NCBI GenBank assembly: GCA_030523715.1
Contig: JAUNHY010000003.1
Location: forward strand, 7,201 to 71,200
Length of the DNA: 64,000 nt
Direction of reading: 5' to 3'
From: Candidatus Saccharimonadota bacterium
GTDB taxonomy: Bacteria > Patescibacteriota > Saccharimonadia > Saccharimonadales > Saccharimonadaceae
Part shown: in pieces, positions 19,101-27,468 of the stretch
How the letters are laid out: each line of letters starts with the position of its first letter
How positions within the stretch are numbered: the stretch's first letter is position 1
Position numbers and translations under genes: made by a program
Notes under the pieces: generated by a model
The model's database searches: none
What the model saw: the letters and a program-made list of their open reading frames with translations, nothing else
What the model was told of the DNA's origin: nothing

Positions 19101-19867
19101 GATAGCTTATAGGCATATTTATTTATGTTGTAGGTCAATCTACTCCAGGCATGAGTAACGTGTCTCGAGTAATGAAATTCCACTGGATTACTCGTTATAT
19201 TGTTCATGGTCGCTTTCAAGAATGGATTGTGGCTATAATCGGCATAATCAAATGTGGTCGTGTGCTCGTCTACATATTGTAGGTACGAATCAGTCGAGGT
19301 TACTTCGAAAGCTATCTGAATGCTCCCCTCGACATTTGCATTAATTTCGAACGGCACTCTATTTACGAATTCAAATCTCTGAAAGTGAAGACTACCGCCG
19401 TTAATAGCGTAATCCCAGTCATACTTTGATTGACCGCTAAGGTTAGCGCTAATTGTAACGGCGTAGTTTGAATCGATGCAGTATATCTCGGAATTCATGA
19501 CGTCATCTCTACAAGAATATTGCATCATGTCAAAAGGATTTGGAACGGATATTTTTAGCTCACCTGGCTCATAAGTGCGATCAACATTTTCATTACGATA
19601 GTTAACTTGTAGCTTTATGACCTTAGTAAATTTATCGTATGGAGTTGATTCATCGATTGTCCATTGCAAATTCGTTATTGGGTCTTTGCCATTATTCACG
19701 TCTTCGTCAAAGAACACAAGCTCGAGACTCCAGTCGTCAGGTAACTCTACGAGCGCATTTGCAAAATTAGCTCTAGCAATCAAAAAGCTAGCTGCTGCAA
19801 TTATTAAAAATCCAAATAACCCAAGGATTAATCTACCCTTAGAAATACGCCTCCGCGCAAGACTCAT
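16145..19867 (-). CDS. 1240-aa cell-surface protein with a C-terminal CnaB-like domain and an LPKTN-type sorting signal
   Basis: N-terminal signal anchor. Near the C-terminus DLTVKKEWSDYNNHYGIRPDTITFNLLKG (CnaB-like), a DPDPDPDPDP linker, then LPKTNDN, a hydrophobic stretch and RRRR. SD GGAGG upstream. Confidence 0.8.
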   Translation of the reverse strand: MSLARRRISKGRLILGLFGFLIIAAASFLIARANFANALVELPDDWSLELVFFDEDVNNGKDPITNLQWTIDESTPYDKFTKVIKLQVNYRNENVDRTYEPGELKISVPNPFDMMQYSCRDDVMNSEIYCIDSNYAVTISANLSGQSKYDWDYAINGGSLHFQRFEFVNRVPFEINANVEGSIQIAFEVTSTDSYLQYVDEHTTTFDYADYSHNPFLKATMNNITSNPVEFHYSRHVTHAWSRLTYNINKYAYKLSSYDSLGDNAEDYIWVRYVFRGSSNEYFPMNGMGDFPIDYYQTDYDTGYGEYYIGLKEYEMADKFPDGVKVLDFEGNELTANEDGYIVIKREGSVFDYPTSPYCHEDWSCEEIIVGYPKSQFNDDLGTMNITNKIELRGIYSDRDTKEVLAEDEVDINLADFVFNYTPGRSYLSKQFCSKSSYGCYPQSVYYYQDIVSENGASGAFKLTAYSFYPGVKYDLIIGDDLIYAIDEDGSSGILSDDNYYVSHIGIVDTHKLKNANEVAISLTKYHPVLYVRHKNSTDYVEYKQYDSLSINDNFTKDDDIHSWYLLIENVDESFYNFNVRTDITLNMSETTKTGTFYNFGFLKQMKDGNLLNPAVLDNYANNITKEVVAAYDLEHHGSYILRASDFATWAYQTMGPATVKLEMFKRNNGITQYDPDGEFFFGSYNVVSHAYWSAKDQFSDPKMIAEQLQDEDWYKEANYYDLLPFGMDINGTEAEIAATAGDFMCGGNIHSSQASNNYYNKDGEAMFPSGRNECAAYMKNRTTVIITKNWHNTGRTHVAVRFDFSDAPFFTMGGSSMPSITIPYKVSMDSYIEIGRSYENYAYATTNNFDGANYSYQLIRDNGVKDSQAIDINDDGSTEDNVVFANVTVSLISASPSRQDIQTSVLTNHNGKYDTDPALSGYNEDYSYKLRVRTGPNRVTNLVLYEHLEEEYGTNEHWQGNFGGINTEYAETRLDYYDNPVQIKVYWSEKSDAGSLKTDTSWQEYDEDTTDKTKVRSIAFEYLDQEGNPAILPQSFYTYVIVDMKAPDGENIMSLAYNNSHSEWNAIDNLTGELIYNITGIESNVVVVFLSETFDLTVKKEWSDYNNHYGIRPDTITFNLLKGSDVVDTKELNVANGETQVVFSGLSTPDQNLYSVQEVVINEYQSSSVKNDIGVITFTNTITRDDPGTGGDPDPDPDPDPTGDDVLPKTNDNIRTFFLGGAIAIAVSATGFVVIRRRR

Positions 19868-19954
19868 CTGATGGCCTCCAAATTATTAATGAATAACTAT
19901 AAGACCACACTCACTTGAGTCTACTATAACATAAGCGTTAAGAGGGTGTAAATA

Positions 19955-21496
19955 CTAAATATCAGACAGCGGTTCAATGTCGGCGCCGAGTTTCTTTAGG
20001 CGGTTTGCAAAATCTTCATAGCCACGCGCAATCGAATAAACGTTGCGCAAAATCGATTCACCAGGAGCGGCCAACATCGCCAGCATAATTACGACGGCTG
20101 GACGAAGCGCTGGTGGTGCCATCATTTCAGCTGGGCGCCAATTAGTTGGTCCGGTAATAAAGATGCGATGCGCATCCAAAAGCTCGACTTTTGCGTTCAG
20201 ATTCGTAAGTTCGGTCGAATAAATTGCACGATTCTCAAATACCCAGTCGTGAATCATCGTGCGGCCTTCGGCGGTTGCGGCGATCAACGAGAAGAATGGC
20301 AAGCTGTCAATATTTAGGCCAGGGAATGGCATCGGATGAATCTTATCAATCGGCGCCTTAAGGTTAGAGGCGAGCAACTTTACGTCAACCAGGCGCGAGC
20401 GTCCATTTTCGGATAGATACTCGTCGCTAATTTTCATTTTTTGGCCCATACTGCGCAAAACTTCAAACTCAATTTCTAGAAATTCAATCGGCACGCGCTT
20501 AATTTCAATCTCGGATTTGGTTGCAACGCCAGCCGCTACGAAACTAATTGCTTCAATTGGATCCTCGGCTGGAGCATACTTAACATCTTTGCTGATTTTT
20601 TCTTTGCCATGTACGACCAAATTCGTAGTACCAACGCCATCGATTTGAACGCCGAGCGCCTGCAGATAGAAACAGACATCTTGCACCATATAGTTCGGGC
20701 TAGCACCGACAATTGTTGTCTTGCCCGGGTAAAGCGCTGCTGCCATCAAGGCGTTTTCCGTAACCGTATCGCCACGCTCAATCAAGACAATCTTCTTGTC
20801 GGTTGGCTTAACAGTCTTAACTTTCGCAAGATAGAAACCAGATTCGGCTTTTGCGTCAACTTCCAGGCCAAATTCTTTCAAAGCATGCAGATGCGGTTCG
20901 ACTGTACGTGAACCGAGCGAGCAACCACCTGCGTAAGGCAGTTTGAATTCTTTAAACCGGTGGAGAAGCGGCCCCATAAACATAATGATGGAGCGCGTAC
21001 GGCGTGCCGCTTCGATATCTAGGTTTTCGAGTTCTAAGCGCTTTGGTGGAGTAATTTTAAGGTCGCGATTATTGTGTACCCATTCGGTTTTTACACCGAT
21101 AGATTCAAGCACTTCGATGATACGATAAACCTCTTCAATATGCGCCAGATGAATAAGTGTAGTCGGTTTGTTATTTAAGAGAGAAGCACAGAGAAGACCA
21201 ACTGCAGCGTTCTTAGAGGTATTCACGGTTACCTCGCCATGCAGTTTCTTGCCACCACGGATACGATAGCCGGTTGTGGCACTATCATTGACGGTCACAA
21301 TCTGAGTGCGCAGCGCCTTGCTTATCTTGCTGATTATCTCGAGAGAGGCATTCTGTTTGCCATGCTCGATGCGGTTGATCGCGGATTGGCTAGTGCCAAC
21401 TTTCTTCGCGAGTTCAACCTGAGTCATATTTTGGCGGGTGCGTGCTGTAGCAATCAGCTCGCCGATTTCCACCATGTAATCTGCTTGCTTCTTCAT
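19955..21496 (-). CDS. murA: XRE-type HTH domain fused to UDP-N-acetylglucosamine 1-carboxyvinyltransferase
   Basis: Residues about 8-65 read IGELIATARTRQNMTQVELAKKVGTSQSAINRIEHGKQN (HTH_3). The rest aligns to MurA (GEVTVNTSKNAAVGLL, active-site loop LPYAGGCSLGSRTVEPH, C-terminal IARGYEDF). Confidence 0.85.
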   Translation of the reverse strand: MKKQADYMVEIGELIATARTRQNMTQVELAKKVGTSQSAINRIEHGKQNASLEIISKISKALRTQIVTVNDSATTGYRIRGGKKLHGEVTVNTSKNAAVGLLCASLLNNKPTTLIHLAHIEEVYRIIEVLESIGVKTEWVHNNRDLKITPPKRLELENLDIEAARRTRSIIMFMGPLLHRFKEFKLPYAGGCSLGSRTVEPHLHALKEFGLEVDAKAESGFYLAKVKTVKPTDKKIVLIERGDTVTENALMAAALYPGKTTIVGASPNYMVQDVCFYLQALGVQIDGVGTTNLVVHGKEKISKDVKYAPAEDPIEAISFVAAGVATKSEIEIKRVPIEFLEIEFEVLRSMGQKMKISDEYLSENGRSRLVDVKLLASNLKAPIDKIHPMPFPGLNIDSLPFFSLIAATAEGRTMIHDWVFENRAIYSTELTNLNAKVELLDAHRIFITGPTNWRPAEMMAPPALRPAVVIMLAMLAAPGESILRNVYSIARGYEDFANRLKKLGADIEPLSDI

Positions 21497-21502
21497 AATT
21501 CA

Positions 21503-21511
21503 AATATATCA
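21503..21511 (-). promoter_or_regulatory. Extended -10-like element (TGATATATT), 6 nt upstream of murA ATG
   Basis: Read on the reverse complement. No SD. Confidence 0.35.
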
Positions 21512-21555
21512 TGAAATGCATAATTGCAACAACTTTCTGAAAAATGTTGTAAATA

Positions 21556-21604
21556 TTACAAAAAATAGTGTTCCAAACAACAGATAGAACGCTATATATA
21601 GCGT
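21556..21604. promoter_or_regulatory. NrdR-box-like palindrome pair (distal)
   Basis: Perfect 16-bp palindrome ACGCTATATATAGCGT at 21589-21604. Degenerate copy TTACAAAAAATAGTGT at 21556-21571, offset by 33 bp. Confidence 0.5.
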
Positions 21605-21663
21605 TTTCGGCCAAAAAAATCCCCATCTGTTATCGTTGTATTATTTACATTTTCTATTGAAAA

Positions 21664-21712
21664 ACCATACATATAGCGTTAACATTATGACAACAAACAC
21701 TATATATAGTGT
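21664..21712. promoter_or_regulatory. NrdR-box-like palindrome pair (proximal to nrdD)
   Basis: Perfect palindrome ACACTATATATAGTGT at 21697-21712. 13/16 copy ACCATACATATAGCGT at 21664-21679, offset by 33 bp. Lies 48 bp upstream of the nrdD ATG. Confidence 0.65.
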
Positions 21713-21759
21713 TTAAGGTCAGAAAAAACACAAATTGATTCAGAACTACGGAGGTTAAA

Positions 21760-24108
21760 ATGTTCAAGTCAATTCGAAAGCGCGATGGGAAAGTAGTCGC
21801 TTTCAATCAAGATAAAATTACCGAGGCTATCGCCAAGGCCGGTGCTGCTACCGGCGAATTTGGTCACGATCGTGCTGCTAATATTGCCGAAAAGGTTGTC
21901 CGCGTTGCTCAGGAGAAAATCACTAGTCGCATTCCAACCGTCGAACAGATTCAGGATATCGTCGAAGAAGTCCTCATGGAATCCGCCTTCAAGAACACGG
22001 CCAAGGCTTACATCGAATATCGTGCCGAGCGCACTCGTGTCCGCGAGGCTAAGACTAAACTCATGCAGACTTACGACACCATTTCTCAGCTCGATGCTGA
22101 GGAAGATTCCGACGTCAAGCGCGGCAACGCTAACGTTGATGGTAACTCTGCGATGGGCAAGATGCTCCAATTCGGTGCAGAAGGTTCCAAGGAATACGCC
22201 AAGATTTGTATCCTCAAACCAGAATTTAGCTGGGCGCATGATCATGGCGATATTCACATTCATGATCTCGACTTCTTAGCAACCGGTACTCTAACTTGCT
22301 GCCAAACAGACGTCCTAAAATTATTTGAAAAAGGTTTCAATACTGGTCACGGCTTCCTCCGTACCCCACAATCTATTGGTACTGCTGCTGCTCTCGCCGC
22401 CATTATCCTCCAGGCCAACCAGAACGAACAGCATGGTGGGCAGTCCATTCCTTACTTCGACTATTGTCTCGCCCCATCCGTCAACAAGACCTTCCGCAAA
22501 TCCCTTAAAGAGAACCTCAAAAAATACAACGAATTCACCGGCAAAGATTTAAAGATTGAAATTAAAGATGATATTACCTTGGGTGACGACAAGAAGCTCA
22601 AGAAGGCTAAGGTGCCAGAAAAGGTTATCGAAGAGGCGCATGCTGACACCGAGCATCAGACTCTCCAGGCCATGGAAGGCTTTGTGCATAATCTCAACAC
22701 TATGCATAGCCGCGCCGGCGCCCAGGTGCCATTTACTAGTATTAACTTCGGTACCGATACTACCCCAGAAGGTCGCCTTGTTTCCAAGATGTTGCTCGAA
22801 GCTACCATGAATGGTCTCGGGCATCATGAAACGCCAATCTTCCCAATCTCGATCTTCAAGGTCAAGGAAGGTATCAACTACAACCCAGAAGATCCAAATT
22901 ACGATCTCTTTAAGCGCTCGATGGAAGTTTCCGCCAAGCGTCTCTTCCCGAACTTCACCTTTATTGATGCGCCATTCAACCTCCAATACTACAAGCCAGG
23001 CGATCCAGATACTGAAATCGCAACCATGGGCTGCCGCACGCGCGTCTTTGGCTCTTGCTTCCCAGAAACCGATGGTCATGTCTCTGGCCGTGGCAACCTT
23101 TCTTTCACAACGCTCAACTTAGTTCGCATCGGTATTAAGCATGGTATCTGCCTCGGCGAGCGCAAAGAGCCAGATTGGGATGGCTTCTATAAAGAACTCG
23201 ACGAAAAACTCAACCTTTGCGCCGAACAGCTACTTCAGCGCTTTGAATTCCAGGCTAACCAAAAGGTCAAAAACTTCCCATTCCTCATGGGGCAAGGCAA
23301 CTGGGTTGGCAGCGAAAAGCTTGGTCCAAATGACAAGCTCCGCGATGTTATCAAGCACGGTACGCTTTCGATTGGTTTCATTGGTCTTGCCGAAACGCTC
23401 GTTGCGATGATTGGCAAACATCATGGCGAATCTGCTGAAGCTCAAGAAATTGGCCTTGATATTGTTAGCCACATGCGCGAGTTCTGTGATGCTCGCACCA
23501 AGAAACATCATCTAAACTTCTCGCTCCTCGCCACTCCAGCCGAAGGTCTTTCTGGCCGCTTTACCCGCATCGACCGCAAGGAATACGGCAAGATTAAAGG
23601 TGTTACCGACCGCGATTTCTATACCAATTCCTTCCATGTTCCGGTTTATTATCCAATTTCCGCCTTCGAGAAGATTGACATTGAGGCACCATATCACGCC
23701 CTCTGTAACGCTGGTCACATTACCTACATCGAAATGGACGGCGATCCTTCCGATAACATTGAAGCTTTCGAAGCGGTCATCCGCCACATGAAAGAAGCCG
23801 GCATTGGTTATGGCTCCGTCAACCACCCAGTTGATCGCGACCCAGTTTGTGGCTTTTCTGGCATTATCGAAGGCGATGTTTGTCCAGGTTGTGGCCGCCA
23901 CGAATCCGATGGTGAATTCGGCTTTGAGCGCCTCCGCCGTATTACCGGCTACCTCGTTGGCTCGCTTGAGCGCTGGAATGATGGCAAAAAGGCCGAGGAA
24001 AAGGCCCGCGTCAAACACAATGTCAGCGCTGGTCAATATGATGTCAAAACCAAGGTCGAGCGTGAGCAGAAAAAAGCTCGTGCCAAGAAAGCCGTAGGAA
24101 AAGAATAA
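21760..24108 (+). CDS. nrdD: Anaerobic ribonucleoside-triphosphate reductase (class III)
   Basis: N-terminal ATP-cone (KRDGKVVAFNQDKITEAI), C-terminal Cys cluster CGFSG...CPGCG, and glycyl radical motif RRITGYLVG. SD GGAGG upstream. Confidence 0.95.
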   Translation: MFKSIRKRDGKVVAFNQDKITEAIAKAGAATGEFGHDRAANIAEKVVRVAQEKITSRIPTVEQIQDIVEEVLMESAFKNTAKAYIEYRAERTRVREAKTKLMQTYDTISQLDAEEDSDVKRGNANVDGNSAMGKMLQFGAEGSKEYAKICILKPEFSWAHDHGDIHIHDLDFLATGTLTCCQTDVLKLFEKGFNTGHGFLRTPQSIGTAAALAAIILQANQNEQHGGQSIPYFDYCLAPSVNKTFRKSLKENLKKYNEFTGKDLKIEIKDDITLGDDKKLKKAKVPEKVIEEAHADTEHQTLQAMEGFVHNLNTMHSRAGAQVPFTSINFGTDTTPEGRLVSKMLLEATMNGLGHHETPIFPISIFKVKEGINYNPEDPNYDLFKRSMEVSAKRLFPNFTFIDAPFNLQYYKPGDPDTEIATMGCRTRVFGSCFPETDGHVSGRGNLSFTTLNLVRIGIKHGICLGERKEPDWDGFYKELDEKLNLCAEQLLQRFEFQANQKVKNFPFLMGQGNWVGSEKLGPNDKLRDVIKHGTLSIGFIGLAETLVAMIGKHHGESAEAQEIGLDIVSHMREFCDARTKKHHLNFSLLATPAEGLSGRFTRIDRKEYGKIKGVTDRDFYTNSFHVPVYYPISAFEKIDIEAPYHALCNAGHITYIEMDGDPSDNIEAFEAVIRHMKEAGIGYGSVNHPVDRDPVCGFSGIIEGDVCPGCGRHESDGEFGFERLRRITGYLVGSLERWNDGKKAEEKARVKHNVSAGQYDVKTKVEREQKKARAKKAVGKE

Positions 24109-24693
24109 ATGCCAGCCAAAGGTGATTTAGATCCAAAAACGCTTGCCGCCTCTAGCGGCAAGCGCAACAAAAACATGCTCTGTGAACCTCAAATGGATAT
24201 TCCGGAAGGCTTCATCCTTTTATCTGGCGAAACGGAGCACGACTCAATCGTAAATGGTCCCGGCCTCCGCGCCGTACTATGGACACAGGGTTGCCGCCAG
24301 CATTGTCCTGGTTGTCAAAATCCAGAAACTTGGGCCGAATCAGGCGTTGGCAAACTCGTTAGCATCGAAGAAGTAAAAGAAGAACTCCGCGCCCTTAAGG
24401 GGCAGAGCGGCCTCACTTTTTGCGGTGGCGAGCCGATGTTACAGGCTAAAGCCTGCCGCGAAATCGCCGAATTCTGCCACAAAGAGCTCGGCTGGAACGT
24501 CTGGTCCTTTACTGGCCTTGTTTATGAGCAGATTCCGCACGATTCCGAAGCCTGGAAATTCGTCGAAGAACTCGACGCTCTCATCGATGGCCCATTTATT
24601 TTGTCGCAGCGCGATTTGACGCTCAAATTTCGCGGTAGCCGCAATCAGCGTATTTTGCATCTTAAACATGGCAAAATAATTTCACAAGAATAA
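24109..24693 (+). CDS. nrdG: Class III RNR activating enzyme (radical SAM)
   Basis: GPGLRAVLWTQGCRQHCPGCQN (CxxxCxxC). The ATG abuts the nrdD stop. An N-terminal extension of about 25 aa makes an internal start possible. Confidence 0.9.
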   Translation: MPAKGDLDPKTLAASSGKRNKNMLCEPQMDIPEGFILLSGETEHDSIVNGPGLRAVLWTQGCRQHCPGCQNPETWAESGVGKLVSIEEVKEELRALKGQSGLTFCGGEPMLQAKACREIAEFCHKELGWNVWSFTGLVYEQIPHDSEAWKFVEELDALIDGPFILSQRDLTLKFRGSRNQRILHLKHGKIISQE

Positions 24694-24719
24694 CCCTAAT
24701 ATATCTATTATACCACACT

Positions 24720-25325
24720 ATGCGTAAAAAGTCAAGCATAAGCAAGAAGCAACTCTATACAGAGCTATTAAGTAAATCGGCCGCCGCCGCACTCTTAATC
24801 GGCCTCGGCGACTATGTTCTATTAAAACTCGGCAACCCACTTGGCCCATTCCTATTTTCTTTTGGCCTCTTAGGTGTCTGCGTAATGGGCGCCAATCTCT
24901 TTACGGGGAAGTGCGGCTTCCTGTTCGAAGACAAGATCAAGCCGCTCCACCTTGCGTTAATCCTGGCGGGAAATCTCGTTGCTGGCTACCTTTTTGGTCT
25001 CATGTTCAGTGTTTGCGACTCGACCATCGTAACGGCCGCCCAAGAAAAAGTTGCTAGCTGGGATTTTTCCTGGGCGTTTTTCATTAAGTCAATTTTGTGC
25101 GGCGTCATTATGTATCTCGCCGTCGCTATTTATCGCAAAGGCTCCAAACTTGGCATTTTGCTTGGTGTGCCACTCTTTATCTTTTGCGGTTTTCAGCACT
25201 GTATTGCCAATATCATTACGCTTGGCGTAGCGCAAACTTTCAGCTGGACTATCGTCATCTGTATCGCTGGGAACTTCATTGGCTCACTCGCCGTTTGGTA
25301 CTTAAGCCGTAGTAAATCTAATTAA
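24720..25325 (+). CDS. Compact formate/nitrite transporter (FNT)-like membrane protein
   Basis: Six predicted TM in 201 aa. GANLFTGK and CGFQHCIANI segments resemble the two FNT half-helix motifs. Confidence 0.55.
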   Translation: MRKKSSISKKQLYTELLSKSAAAALLIGLGDYVLLKLGNPLGPFLFSFGLLGVCVMGANLFTGKCGFLFEDKIKPLHLALILAGNLVAGYLFGLMFSVCDSTIVTAAQEKVASWDFSWAFFIKSILCGVIMYLAVAIYRKGSKLGILLGVPLFIFCGFQHCIANIITLGVAQTFSWTIVICIAGNFIGSLAVWYLSRSKSN

Positions 25326-26352
25326 AGCCGACAATTTTTTGCGCCGTTTTATAGCCCACGCGCATAATCATACGGCCGCTCTTGCCTGGTAAATTCGTTG
25401 CCACGCCGAGCGGAGTATTCCGTAGACGGTAAAAGAGTGTCTTGTCCTTATTCTTCATGTAGCGCCACAAGTTTTTCTTTTTGCGGAGCGCCTCTTTGGA
25501 ACCATCCAGAGATAACATCATTGATGCTACAGTCATCACCTTATCAAGGTAAATCAGCATATAGTGTTTTAGGCGCGGGCTTTTTCCTTTGAAATCCTGT
25601 GCCGCCATGATATCAATCATGATTTTATTCACCCTAATCTGTTGGTCAATGCGCTTGATGATATTATTCTCGTTCACTGACTGATCGGCACGGCCAATAA
25701 AGTAGTGGTATAAATCGACATCTAGGTAATAAATCTTCTCTACATATGGTAAAGGCTGAAAAGCAAAAATATTATCAACGTAAAAGGTGTGGCGCGGCAG
25801 CTTAATCCCACAATCACGTAACATCTGCGTGCGATAGAAGATATTATGCATCAGCAGATACTGCGTTTGCGTCATGCGGCCGACTTTGTCCCAACCAAAA
25901 ATTTCATTGCGCGGGAAGACATGGCGGAAACGCATTGTTTTTTTGTGTCGCTCGCCAACTTTGTCGTAAATAAAGTTTGCCAAGAACATATCTACTGGCG
26001 TGCCGGCCATCTCGAGTTTAATCATGCGTTTAACGAGCTTAATAAACGCTCGTGAATCAACCCAATCGTCGCTATCAACCACCTTGTAATATAAGCCCTT
26101 CGCACGACGTAAACCAGTATTTACGGCTGCACCATGCCCGCCGTTTCTCTGGTGAATCGCGCGCACGATATTTGGATATTCTTTGGCATATCGGTCGGCA
26201 ATTTCAGCCGTTTTATCAGTTGAACCATCATCGACAATTAAAATCTCAATCTCTTCGCCGGCCGGCAAAAGCGACTTAATACACTTTTCCATGTAGGCTT
26301 CAGAATTATAACAGGGAATCGCAACCGATAAAATTTTCACTAGTTCTATCAT
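25318..26352 (-). CDS. Family 2 glycosyltransferase
   Basis: SVAIPCYNSEAYMEKCIKSLL...ILIVDDGSTDKT...DSDDW motifs. Confidence 0.85.
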   Translation of the reverse strand: MIELVKILSVAIPCYNSEAYMEKCIKSLLPAGEEIEILIVDDGSTDKTAEIADRYAKEYPNIVRAIHQRNGGHGAAVNTGLRRAKGLYYKVVDSDDWVDSRAFIKLVKRMIKLEMAGTPVDMFLANFIYDKVGERHKKTMRFRHVFPRNEIFGWDKVGRMTQTQYLLMHNIFYRTQMLRDCGIKLPRHTFYVDNIFAFQPLPYVEKIYYLDVDLYHYFIGRADQSVNENNIIKRIDQQIRVNKIMIDIMAAQDFKGKSPRLKHYMLIYLDKVMTVASMMLSLDGSKEALRKKKNLWRYMKNKDKTLFYRLRNTPLGVATNLPGKSGRMIMRVGYKTAQKIVGFN

Positions 26353-26396
26353 AGCATATCAGAGCATGCATATTTAACGACACTTAAAAATGCTCA

Positions 26397-26405
26397 TGCT
26401 ATAAT
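26397..26405 (+). promoter_or_regulatory. Extended -10 (TGCTATAAT), 8 nt upstream of ATG 26414
   Basis: Perfect TGnTATAAT. No SD. Confidence 0.5.
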
Positions 26406-26413
26406 AAAAGCAA

Positions 26414-27466
26414 ATGTCGATACTATTAACTATTGCTGATACCTGCATTGATACGATGCTTTTGGGCACTTTTTGTGATGACTGCGAAGGCGGCCCAATC
26501 TTAAAAATTATATTAATGGCGGTGAAAATTCTCACCATCGGTTTTGGCATTCTTGCCACAATCGGCATTATCGTCGTCGGCGTCCAATACATGACTGCCC
26601 GCGATAATGAGGGGCAGTTGGTTAGAGCCAAGAAGCGTCTTATTGATATCATTATTGGCATTGGCATTTATGGCCTAATGTATCTCATATTAGAGCTTCT
26701 CACCCCTGGTAATATTATGACTATCACGCCAGACGTGAGCACTTCGACTTGTTCGAATCCTACGATGGCTACGCCTTCTCCAATTAATGGCGGCCCTATC
26801 AGTGGTAGTAGCACCGGTAGTAGTAGTGGAAGCAGTAGTAGCACTAGTAGTGGAACCAGTAGTAGTGGCACTTCGTCTCAGCCAATCGGTTCCACTAAGG
26901 CCGAGCAACTCGCCATTAATGCCGTCAGTGCCGCTTGGCCATATACGTCTGGCGAGCATGCCGGCAAATGCAAGACCCCAGCTGGCAGTTGGGTAAGCTG
27001 GAACAAAAAGAAGGTTTATAGCGATGACACAAAATATTGCGGCTATAGCCTTAAACCAGAGAATGAAGCTATTTATAAATCCGCTTATAAAAAGAGCTCA
27101 ATCAATGATTCTTATTTTAAGAGCCACGTTCAAGACTGCGTTTACTTCTTAAAGGCGGTTGTTGTCTATACCGGCATGGATACAAAATCTAGCTTCCCGA
27201 GCTCGCCAAAAGGCCAGCGCGACTATCTTGCCAAATCCAAAAAGTGGAAGGAAATCACTAACAATGGTAATACGAAGAATCTTCAGCCAGGCGATGTCTT
27301 TGCAAATAGTACTCACGTTATGATTTATGTGGGTAAATATGGCAGTAGTTATGGCGACATGGTCGGCGCATCGGCGCGAACTTGGTCAGCTCGCATTCAT
27401 AGTGCCTACTTCAAGAACAGCAAAAGTGGTGAAAAATTTAGAATCTTTAGGTACATAGGAGATTAA
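26414..27466 (+). CDS. Fusion: N-terminal two-TM hairpin (TrbC/VirB2-like look), Ser/Gly/Thr linker, C-terminal NlpC/P60-like papain-fold domain
   Basis: ILKIILMAVKILTIGFGILATIGIIVVGVQYMTARDNEGQLVRAKKRLIDIIIGIGIYGLMYLILELL, then an SSTGSSSGSSSSTSSGTSSSGTSS linker, then QDCVYFLKAV...LQPGDVF...THVMIYVG (candidate Cys/His pair). Confidence 0.5.
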   Translation: MSILLTIADTCIDTMLLGTFCDDCEGGPILKIILMAVKILTIGFGILATIGIIVVGVQYMTARDNEGQLVRAKKRLIDIIIGIGIYGLMYLILELLTPGNIMTITPDVSTSTCSNPTMATPSPINGGPISGSSTGSSSGSSSSTSSGTSSSGTSSQPIGSTKAEQLAINAVSAAWPYTSGEHAGKCKTPAGSWVSWNKKKVYSDDTKYCGYSLKPENEAIYKSAYKKSSINDSYFKSHVQDCVYFLKAVVVYTGMDTKSSFPSSPKGQRDYLAKSKKWKEITNNGNTKNLQPGDVFANSTHVMIYVGKYGSSYGDMVGASARTWSARIHSAYFKNSKSGEKFRIFRYIGD

Positions 27467-27468
27467 CT

